From the NCBI GenBank assembly GCA_043823745.1, contig JBDRAN010000035.1:13795-77794 (forward strand): DNA of 64,000 bases, given 5' to 3'. Source of the DNA: Candidatus Omnitrophota bacterium. GTDB taxonomy: Bacteria > Omnitrophota > Gorgyraeia > Duberdicusellales > 4484-171. How positions within the stretch are numbered: position 1 is the stretch's first letter; the number at the start of each line of letters is the position of its first letter. The translations under genes were made by a program, and so were the position numbers. Below, piece by piece: positions 35,101-47,100 of the stretch. Below the pieces are notes generated by a model. That model searched no databases, was not told where the DNA came from, and worked only from the letters and a program-made list of their open reading frames with translations.

Positions 35101-38100
35101 ATAAAAACTTCTCCCTTGACAACATCGTGTACATAACGCCGGTCAACGGCATGAGTAACGGGAACTATTCGCACTCCTTTTACATAGGAAAGCACTTCGC
35201 TCAATTCAAAGTCACCCTTTTCTACTGCCTCCTTTCGTAAGTCCTCTAAAAGATAATCAGCTCTTTCCTGAGAGGACTTATCAAAGTAAGGCTTTCTATA
35301 TTGAGAAAATGAGTGTGCTAATCTTGCTATCCTCTCTGATTTCTGAAATAGTAGACTGGAAAACATAGAGAAATAATGCCCTGTGAGGTATATAATATTC
35401 AAGGAAAGGGGTAGAAAAAATAATATTGCCACCATAGTATTCTCTAAAGGTAATAAGGAAAAAACTATGTAATAAATAGATACAAATCCTATTATTTTAT
35501 AAAAAACGAGAAAGGGCTTATAAAAAATGCTGCGCGGCTGCTTCGTATATTCATATTTCCGGAAAACATCTTTCATCAAAATCAGGTGCCAATCAAAGAT
35601 CAGCGGCAGACGCAATACGGAAAGAAGCGTATAAAAATATACACCGAATGATGACCGCGCTCTTGATAGCTCCGTGGCGTTTAAATTAACAACCCTGCTC
35701 CCCTGCGGCCGATGCGCGCGGACGGAAGAAGGAGATGAGCTTCTCCGAAAAGCAGTTGACTGGCCAGCGCCAGTAGGTTGCTCTAAATAGTAAAACCACG
35801 TCTTTCCTTTTCCGGAAACTTGCAGAGATTGTAATGGATTAGGCCTTCGCCCCAATAAGCGCTCAAGACACTTTCTTACCATACCAGAACTTAAGCCACA
35901 CCTATCTACGATTTCGCTTACTGACATAGCTCTATCTGCTGTATCGGACAGCACGGCCATAATTTGTTGCTCGGTTGACTGTTTGTTTCTCGCCAACTGC
36001 TCCTGCCTCATTAATCTTGGTTTTCGAACAGCCAGAGGCGTTAAGCTTTCCGGAAACTTAGCTATTAAATCCAATGTTTTTAGCTCAGCTGCCCCAAGTT
36101 GCCCATCAATATATAAAACAGGAACTTTTTCTGTTTGGCCAAATAATTTTACTGTGGTTCTAAACATAGAGGCATCGAAATTTACAATCAATCCTGCTTT
36201 AATCCCAGAGTCAGCTTGCTCCAGCCTATTGCGCACACATAGATGAGCCTCAGCGATCCCAACCGCAGCGGCCACAATAAAAAGAGGTTGAGCAAAACCA
36301 GCGCGCCTAAACAGAGCTTTAAAATTATTTTTTATAGCCTTAATATGGGCAGGCTCTTCAGATCGCCCCCTTCTCTGGGCCTTTGCCGCCTTTAATTCCT
36401 GCAAGCCCCAGATAAATTGTTCCAACAATCTTCTCTGCATAATTCGCCAGGCTTCCTCTTTTAACATAAATGTACCCTGCCTGTGACAAGCTAATTTTAA
36501 TCGCACCCATTCTTTTAAATCATTATCTATAATTTCTATATTTTCCCCTACATTATCAGCGAATTGTCTAATTTGGGCGAGAGTCTTTGGCCCTTGAGCT
36601 AAGAACCGGCTGATTTTCTGCCAGCGGTCAGCTTTTCTGGAGAAAGCATTCATTTCTTTATCTGTTTTTTGAACAAGCCTGGCATCAACAATGAAAATAG
36701 CCTTGCCTTTTAAGCTTTGTAAGCGCTGTACAATCATGTTCCTGCTATAACCCACACCCGAGGAACCGGCGGGAACGGGGGAACCGGCAACTGCACCTTC
36801 AACATCAGAAATAAATCTCTTTATAGATTCAGCATCGTCAGCATAACTTTTACCATTAAAGTTCTCACGCACTATGCCAATAACATAACCATTTTCATTC
36901 ACAACTGGTGCGCCGCTAAAACCAGGAGGCACCATAGTATCAATTTCAATAACCCCGCTTCTGAATATTCTTTTAGCTTTTGCGAAAATTATCTCGTTAT
37001 TGCCATTGTTACCCTTGTCTTGCCTGCCTAGAATAAATACATCTACCCCTTGTTTTTGGTCTAATCTCGGAAAATTCCGACGCGAATATCGTATGAATTT
37101 GGCCAACGGCTCTATTTTCTTCTTTTTTAAACCTTTATTTGTTAACCTAACAAGACCCTTATCAGATATTAGCACTGGAGGCTTTTGCAATCTTCTTCTT
37201 GAGCACCTGGAATAAAACCGAGAGCTTGAAAGGGTACCAAAACTTCCTTCCAAGTTGATATAGTCCGGTTGATTGTCAAATGCGTGCCCTGCGGTAACAA
37301 CATAATAATTATCGCTGCATTCGTTCCAAATAATACCGGAACAGCTATAAAAATGGTGCCTATACCCTGCCCTTCGGCGTGGCTTTACCACAACAAATAA
37401 TCTAAATATTGCCTCTAACCTTTCACGCGGTATGTTTGGAAATCTAGCTAATATGAAAGACATCAATAACTGTTCATTGACTTGTCCCGCTGAGCTGGCC
37501 TTACCTTCTCCCTCTGCGGCCTGCCGCAAATCACCGGATTCAAGCCTCCCAGCGAGTTTTCTAAGGTGCGCGTCCCTTATTTCCCGGGCAGCCGGGATGA
37601 GTCGGCTTAGATCCTCCCTGTTTAAAGCTCGGGCAATCCAAGCTAAATCGTGCTGGCTTATGTCCCGGCTCGAGGCCGCTAAAATCAGGATTTCTTCTTT
37701 TCTCCGCAGGGCTTCCTGCAAGCCCTTCATTTCCTGGAAAGAAGCTCTGGCTTCGATACAATTATAGTCGGACCATTTTCTTTCACCGGGATTTTCGTAT
37801 CTGGCCACATGGCCTATCATTTCATGAAGCACTATATCGAATAAATATGCCGGCAAACGGAACTCATCTTCCGCAATCATTATGATGTAATTCATTACCC
37901 CGGAAACTTTGCAGCTAAGGATTATCGCCCCCTTCTGTTTTGAATAAGAACTATCATGTTTGGGTATATATCCCAAAGTTTCCAAAGCAGAAGCCAATGC
38001 CTGTCTATTTGCGGTGACCACGGTCTGAATCCTCCTCTTTTTAACAAGCGTAAGCAGCAAAGAGTAATCCTGGGGTGATATGGCTTTAAGGATTCCCATA

Positions 38101-41100
38101 CTTAAGGCGATACTCCGCATCTCCTTATCCGTTACCGGCCTTACCTGCCTGCGGACTTCCCTGGGCATTATTGACATTGACAGGTAACGCCCCCCTAATC
38201 TATCCAGCTTTGAGTCCAGAAAACGCTGAGAACCTGAAGACGACGAGCTGACGGAGGAAGATGTAACTCCTAACTGTTTTAAAATCTTCTGAGCCCCCTC
38301 ATCGCCTCTCTTTGCATCTTCTTGTAAAATTTTAATAGTTTTCTCACTCGCCTTCCTCAAATAAAATTCACTCTCAGCGGGTCGCAATAATCCTGTTTTT
38401 AACTCTTCGCGTCTAAGAATGATAATCATTTTTAAATTTGAACGGATAGCAATATTCTTATTACGTGTAATATTTATTACATAACGGAGAAGTTGCCGGC
38501 CGGCACCGATAAAGAAACTATTCTTATCTTGCTTGTTGCTGGGTCTCTTTTCCAACCAAACGAGCGCATCTGTTCCATCTTTTTGCTCTTCTATTACAAT
38601 AAAACTCTCTACGGATAGTTGAGGCTCATAGCTATTCTTGCTAAAAGAAAAATATATGCGCCTTAGCGGTCTTACTTGTTGAAAATATTGCTTATAGTCA
38701 GTCCGTCTTAAACAACGGGCAACATCAGCAAGCAGTAGCGAATTCTCTGGTCCAATATCACTGACTTGATATTCTGGCCAATATTTTTCAAACTCCGCGA
38801 TAACACCCTGTCGTTCTTTTTCAGAGAGCTCTGATACTTCCCGAACCGGTAAGATCTTTTGACCGGGAACGCCTCTAAACACAAGATTCTCCTTCACGAT
38901 AATGCCTCTCTTTAAAATCTGATTATCGTATATGTTTATTCTTTCAGCCGGCGAGCTGGCCACTTGTTTTTTAAAAACCTTCGCAATAGATTCTGCTTCG
39001 GCGCTTACCTCTTGCCAAGATGTATTGCTTGTAACCGGAATTAAGATAATAAAAATCGAAGGATGCCTGGCGCGAGTTAAAATATTAGAGACGAGTGGCG
39101 GTGATTTAATAAATGAAAAATCCCTATGCCTCCTTTTACCCCCGATAAATTCATCAGCAATGGTTTTATTTTCAGAAGAAAGATCATCATAATCTAAGTT
39201 AAGCTGAGCATATTTTTTCTCTCTAGCTTCAGCTATATCCTTAACGTTTGATTCATAACCAGGACTATAAAGCCTGTCGAAAAACGACATAATCCCTAAT
39301 AGATTCTTTATATTCGCCGAAGAATATGTAGTACGTATCCGCTTTCTAAAAAAGATTTTAACTGCCGCCCGCAAAGGTAATTCAATGTTTTTATCAATAT
39401 CCCCTTCATCTTGAAAAGTTAACGCCGGCGATACCCAAATAGGTTCTATATGCATAAGCGAATCTCTAGGTGCAGTCTCTTTCATCTTTCGTATATCGTC
39501 GTTCGTATATCGTTTATCGTTTGTCGGGGAGCCAGCAGCTTCTCTCCCACTTGTGACTTTGTGACCTGGTGACTGGTGACTTTGTGAAGCTGGCGAGCTG
39601 GCGGAACTTGATTGTTCAAAAATAGCAAGATGGTGTAGTTTAAGGTATAAATCTATTGTATCTTTTGTTAACTGTTGCGGTTTAATAAGGCCTTCGAGGC
39701 TAGTTTGTTCCAATAAATCCAGAAAATCCCAAATAAAAACATCCATTTTCTCTAAAAGAACTGTTGCGTTTCCCTGTTGGCCGAATCCTCCTTCTAAATA
39801 ATCACCCACTGCTCTTTGAAGTTGAGGAATATAGGCAGCTAACACTGCCGGACATCTTCCTGATAAAGTATTTCGAATTGATCCCGCCAACCTAACCACT
39901 ATTTTCTTTTGACTCGGAAAAAAATCACCAAGATCTCTTGCGGCTGCACGAATTAAGCTTTCTATTCCCCTTCGGATATCATCCTTTGCTAAAACCTCTT
40001 CTTCAGAAAAAACATCTGCTGACAGCATTTGAAGGCTTCGAGAATCATCCATTAATTCTAATACATCGATGATGCCTTTACCGGCAGCCATTCGTACGAG
40101 CGGATTATAATCGCTTTTTATTAAGGTTTCAGAAAGATTACCAAGAAGAAGATACCTAATTGCTGGTTGTTCGATAGCTGCTAAATGCTTAGCAACTAAC
40201 TCAATCAAGGCAAACTCTAATGACCACTCACCATGTTGCAGGGCTGCATTTAAAGTGCCTAGAAGAGGGTTGATAAATTCAGACTCAGAGGCCAAGCCCG
40301 TGCTGGAAATTCTGTATGCGGCAATTGCTCGAAATCTATAATCTAAATCAGGCGAAATCATTTTACCAATCAATTGCTCTAGCGGCGCAGGACTTGACAC
40401 TTTGCCATTTTCTTCAGTACCCCCTACATCAGGATAATCGAAGTTTACCTCACCGGCTTCTTCACAAAACCTTTTAACCTGCTCAATAGTGTGTATTATC
40501 TGACTCTCTCCGGGGCTTGAAGATCCCGCCGGCGAGTTAGCCCTACTCCGCCCTTGAGACTCACCAGTCTTTTCTCCTTCTGCACCGGAAGTAGAAACAG
40601 TTTGTACATAGCGTTTCAGAAACCTCCTCACAAGAAGAAGGCCTTTCTTATTGATACGATACACCGCTAAGTTACCCCTTTTCTGCATTGTAGTCACATA
40701 TCGCCTGCTGCGGGCAACGTTGATGAGGCTGCGAACATTCCAATGTCTACCTTTGAAGATGTCTGCATGGGCAATATCATCATAGGTGCATCTTTCCCGC
40801 AGCGATGAGTCAGCCGCAACACAAAAAACAAGTATGTGATAACCGGCAAAACCTCTCGGCTCTGGATAGTGTTCAGCACTGTAATAGTCCCATATTTTTG
40901 TCAAGTCGCCGCCAAACTCTTCACTTACTATTCTGTCTATTTCTTCCTTTAGTGTTTGAACATTCGGTGAACTTACCCGTCTCCCCGGTGAGCTGGCCTT
41001 ATCGTTGTGGACGGTATTACGCCGTACGCCCGGCGTGTTGAGTCGTGAGCCTTGCGAGGAAACCTTCCTGATCTTTGACAGTATTCTTCCTATAAGATCC

Positions 41101-44100
41101 GATTCCTCATCTAGATATGGAAATCCCTCTTCGCCTTCGAGAAGATCAAGCAGGTTAACCGGATTTTTATTTGGATCAATGCCGCGGGCTAGGTCAGGCC
41201 ATACATATACTTCCAGGTTAACAGGTTGATATACGTGTTCATTCTGCACGCTTTTTGTGTCGTAGGTAACAGTTACAATACCTTCTTGCATGACTATCAT
41301 ATCGGTGTCCCCCGTAGACGGATAAGGCCGCGTCCTTATTTTTAAAGCAAGGTTTCTCTTGGAGTTTATCGCCTGAACCCTGGCCGCAACAGCATGACTA
41401 AGCTCAACATCTCGACGCGTCAAAAGCATACCGCTAATATCTCTAATTCCCATCCTTAGCAGTTCATCAACGAGTCGTTCAAGTAATCCTATCTGGCTTG
41501 TGCTCATATGGAAAAATATAAGGACATCCTTCCCTTTTCTTATTCCTCTTAAGGCAACTCCTGAACAACCGCCCATGCGATACGCGAATAGCCGATATGG
41601 ATTTTGTTTCATTTCTGTTTCAATAATTGTTACCGATTGTGTTGACACCCAGTTTTTAGGCCTGTAGCCTTTTTCCACGTCGGCTCTATCGATTCTTGTT
41701 ATTCCTTGAGAGTTGCTGTGACGAGACAGTAATCGTATATCCTTTTCATTAAACGGATCATTGCACCACATACTATCGCCATCTGCCAATTCATTACCTA
41801 GCTTTTCGAAAGGCATCCGATTGAATATTCCAATGCTGGCCCGCAATACACGCTCTATTGCTCCACCCCTTTCCGTCGGCGAGCTGGCCGGCTTCTGGCC
41901 GCTGTTGGCGGGAGGACTTAAAGATTTGCGCCTACGACGAGGATAATTCTCACTTTTCAAATCTTCAACTCTATGCTTAATCGATACCTCACGAGGAGCA
42001 TTAAGTAATATCTTGGCTTCTGTACGGCCTGATTTCGCAGATCCAACTATTCCATTAAATTGGATGATAATTTGTGGCTTTGGCTGATGTTGTTCTGGCT
42101 GATCTGGACCTAAATCTAACCAATACAGAGTCTGATAAAATAAAGCATACGGCTCACTTTGACCATTAGGCCTCTCAATCTCAACAGTAACGTTTTGGTT
42201 TCTAATATTGTCAATATCGCCGGTTAAATGCCAATCTTTTACAGTAATCGTATAATGATTTTCTCTGCTCCCACAATAAACACACTCTCCGCCAATCAAT
42301 CCTGTAATATAATTACCCCTTAGACGCATACCTTGATCGTCAACTTTTATTAATTCTTTTATCTTGCCCGGCGAGCTGGCCCCTTCTTTCTCTAAAATAA
42401 ATCCGGCCTCTGCTATTTTTGCTTCTATATCAACTCCATCTGCATCAACTCCGTCTGCAAGGAGCGCTCGCGCAACTCGATTAGTCCAGGCAGCAGACTT
42501 CATGGGTTGGCCGTTTGCGTCTTTCAATCTTGACCGCAATTTTTTCAAAGCAATAGTCCTGCTGCCTGTTTCAGTCGCAATCTGACCGAGTTCTTCCAGC
42601 ACCCTTGCGGCAAAAGCATTGTGTCCAGGGCGAGCCTTGCGCACAGCCGGAGAAGCCTGATTGGTTTTCAGCCATGCACGAAAACTCTCCAAAGAATTCC
42701 AGATACGATACCCTTCTTCGGCGTATACCAAATCAAGCAACTCCTGAAGCGTCGGCTTGACGCCTTTGTGTGCCTTGGCATATGTGGCAGAAAGCCTGTC
42801 TAGCTGAGAAATCCGTTTCTGCTTATTAAATTCGCGTACGGGAAACTCGATCCCGTTTTGCTTGGCGATATGATAAAACTGATGAAAGGTTAAGCTGCCA
42901 TCGACTCTGGGGTCAGTTTTTCCCATCGCCACTATTTGCTTATGCACTACGTTAGCCAGGGGCCGCCTGCCATCAGTCAAGACCTGATCTTTAACCCCTA
43001 AGGCAAGCCAGCCTATGCCAAATTTATATACAGTTAATTTTGGATCGCCCTTCCTACCTACCATCATCCGACGTCTTTGCTCTTCATCGGCATCACAAAC
43101 ATGCCTCTCTCTCCGGGCAGCAACTGCACGGACGAGTTGGTCTATATCGGCTATGGGCGCAGGAAACTGAGAATCCGCAATATCAAAACGAGTATCCCTT
43201 TGTATATCAAAATCATGCCACCTGCCGTTAAAGAAAAGAGACGCGAATACATACTCAACCTCAGCAGGCATATTTCTAAGGACCTGCGGGGGGTAAATCG
43301 CTTTAAAGGCGTCTTTTCTAAGCATAACAAGTTTGTAGCCAGCCGGAATCTTTGCGGCCCGGGCCACGGCAACAAACAAATTGGCCGCATTAAAAGACAT
43401 GCCAACCTCTCTATGAAACGTCTCAGAAGCCGGAGTATCCCAGTAAGCGCCATAACCAATACTATATTTGATTTTTTTACTTACCCAGTTCCAGAAAAAA
43501 GCGGCCTGGCGCGCAGAATCGTCAGGATAGTTCTTTCTTACTTTATAGGCTTTTCGCCTAATCGCCGGATCATCCCGATCGCAAAGCTCGGTTTGAGCTA
43601 AAAACCTTTCTGGATTGTCGAGGCTGACTGCACCTTGATCTGCAGGCGAGCTGGCCCTCTTTGAGTCGTGAGTCGTGGGTCGTGCGTATTGCGATGAATT
43701 AACTTCTTCACTTGTGACTTTGTGACCTTGCCTGCCCTTCGAAGCCTTGGCGAAGTAGGGTGACTTGTGACCTTGTGAGGCCGGCGAGCTGGCCTGCTTT
43801 GTCTTTACAAGAATATTATCCTTATCGCCAAAACCTTCTGCGGCTACGAATCCGCGTTTTCGCAGCAGCGATTGTATTTCCAAAGTACATTCTCTCGTAA
43901 AGAAGAGAACTCTTCTAGTCATTCCCTCTAATTCCAGTATCATTTTTTCTTCAACGTTCAGATGGCTATAGCCACCATGGCTTCTGACTTTCCGTCCTAT
44001 TATATAATCTCCATAGTGCTCAAAAGCCACAAATCCTACTACTTGATCTCTGTATGCGGCCACCATAATCTGGCCATCTCCGTATGCTCTTGGATCAAGA

Positions 44101-47100
44101 TCCGTCAGAGAAAGCTTTCTGCCGCGCCTAGCAGACTCTGATCTAACCAATAGCTTTATAAAGTCCCTTCTGTCCCATCTGCGGTCTCCCTCGGCAATTA
44201 TACTCGTTCGTTCTATATCTTCCACATCATCTAACTCTAACGACACTCTGCACCGTCGAATAACAAGCTCTGGTTTGCTCTGTGGCGCCGACGAGCTAGC
44301 TGAAGAAGCCCGACCACAAGCCGCATTCACACGAGCTGCCGACGGCGTTATAGTCGCCTGAGCCAATATCTGGCTGGCCCAACTTGTAAAATCATCGTCT
44401 ATTTTTAGATCCTGAGCCGGTATGCCGCTCGGCGCAAAGGCATCACGGAGAGAATAACCCGGGCTCTCTTTAACAAAGATTATCCCAAGCATCGTTCTTA
44501 ATACTGCTGACATATAAATATCACTTTCAAACAAATCCGTCATCACCCTGGCATTATCAATACTGTTGTCGGGCTTAACCAAATAACCAAAATACTTTAG
44601 ATATCTTTGATAATCAGCATTTTGAGACTCTTTATCAACTCTACGGCAATACGCCTTAAAATCACTTATTTGTGACATCAAATAAAGTATTTGCACGGTA
44701 CTGGCTTCAATTTCAGCGGCCCACAGGGAAAACACCGTTCGTTTTAATTTATTTCGGTATTCACCGTCCAATGCGCCGTATGAAAAGCAGTAAGTCAATG
44801 GGTTGTCGTGCCGCATAATCTCTTCATTGAGTTGGCGATACTGCTCGAACAAACCCCGCTGACGCCGCAACAGATGTGTCGCTTCATGAAGCAAAACAGC
44901 CTCAAGGTCGATATCAGTAAATTCAGAAACTGTTTTACGATTTACCTTTAAAAATATATTCTTGAGAGTAAACGGTCCTGGTTTGACGGCAATGGCCAAA
45001 TAGCCTTTTACTGCCGGCTCGAGCTGAAGTGTTGGTATTACCTTACATACTTGACCCAGCTCTAACAGCTCTTGCTGTGAAAAGTGGTTTAATCTTTTGA
45101 GTGCGTCCATGTTAGCAACTAAACGCCCAGATGCAGCAGCTATCTCTTCTTTAATAACAGTAAGAGATTTGGATGCCGGCGAGCTACTGTGAGGCTGCCC
45201 TTTTGCAGGACTTGGCGCAGACGTTTCATCTGCAAGATAGGGTTGTATCATGCCTTCAGGCAAAAAGGTAGCAACTGAAGAGCTGGTATCTTCTTGGGGC
45301 ATATCCCCGGAAACATGTTTCTTTAAAAACCTGCACACTAACGCAAGTCCTTTATTATTAATGCGATATACAGCTGTTTTTCCGCGGCGCAGAGTCGTCA
45401 AGTAGCCCCGCGTACGAGCTGAGTTAATAAGGCTTTGTACGTTCCAATTCTTACCATAAAATACGGATGCTTGCGCGATATCGTTCCATGTGCATCCTTC
45501 CTGCAACGTTGGCTCGGTCGCCACGCTGAAGAGTAAAATATGATACCCACAAAGACCTGTTTCAACAGGATAATTTTGAGCGCTATAATATTTCCAAATT
45601 CTTCCTAAATCATTACCAAACGCTTCCAGCACTATTGTATCTATGGCGTGTTTAAGTGCCTTGTTTGTTCTTGCTGGAGCCGTTAATGATCGTTTCATTT
45701 TTTTATTGTCTGCCAGTGAGCTGGCCATCTTCGGGTCGTGATTCGTGAGTCGTGAGTCTTGAGTGATAGAATACTCATGTTCACTTGTGACTGGTGACTT
45801 GTGACTGGTGACTTGCTTTGCTGGTGAGCTGGCCCCTCTCTCTAAATGCTTGTTTTCTCCCAAACCGCAGCAGAGACTCAAGATAGCTTCCGCATCTATA
45901 TACGGCTGGATCATGAAAAGTACGGCCCCGACACAACCGGTTTTTTCACCCCACTCCACGCGCAGCGCTCCCCGATCATTAAACTGAGCCTTTTCTCCAG
46001 CAACCTTTATTTTCCTAACCCCCATATCTTTCATTTCGTAGATTACTTTCTTCCAGACCAGCTTAACATCTCTTAATCCAAGCACCGGTACTATCGCATG
46101 TTCGGGTAGAATAGGAACAGGACGACTATCGGTTCTTGCCGGGATTAATACTACTATTGCTTCGGTTTTAATTCTGCTCGGAATCTTTGACAACTCTGGC
46201 CCTCGTCCTTCACAATCAGCCAATACAAATACTACTCCTTTAGCCGACTTTAAAAACTCTACCATGTTATGAAAGTATGAGCTTGCGTTGTGAGCAAGTC
46301 CGCAGGGTACAAAAATAGTTTTCCCTCTCTTTTCATGGTGCCACCGCCCAACATAACCTCCCAATATATGTACTAATAAGGTGACCTCACCACCATTGCT
46401 CCTGATTGCTTCTTTAACCGTTTTTGAACAGCGACCTAAAGCATCGTCGTAGCGAATCACTCTTTTATAAATCTCCTCTTTTTCTCCGACCCTAGGTGAA
46501 TTCTGCTTGGCCTCTCCATAATACAAATTATTCCAAAGCGTAACCAACCCCCAGTTATATTGGGGTTGATCATCCGCCCTCGGCGAGCTGGCCCGTTCTT
46601 CGATCCTCGATTCTGGATGCTCGATGCTCGATAGGAGGGTAGGCATGGCTTTTATCCCCGCTGCGCACTCGGGCATGCGAAAAGTTACAAAATCCACAAT
46701 ATCTTTTTCAAGAGTTTCCCTGTCACCGATCCACCTCAATGATGCTAACCTTTCCAGGTACTTCCAGTAACTTCTTGAGTCGAACTGGCTGAGATGATTC
46801 ACCCTCCCTGAACGGAAGAATCTTCGTAATTCCGGCAATAAGTCATCGTTGTTTCTTACACAGCTCATATATAGAATAAGATCTCGCCCAACCTGCCGCG
46901 CTTCTTCTTTCTTCTCTTTTTCGGGTGTCCTAATTGTGTTATCATGGCCTAACTCATGGAAAAGACGCTCGGCCATAATCCAAGAAGTAGCTTTCCTATA
47001 TGAAGGGCTAGCATGACGGTCTATTAAAGTAGTAACGAAATTCCTATTAAATACGATGAATACCCTTCCTGTCGAGTCAATATGTTTTATGGAGTTAAAG

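Noticed and set aside
38965-40380. Possible TYW3-like and HEAT-like modules
   Set aside because: Only vague pattern resemblance; needs a profile search.
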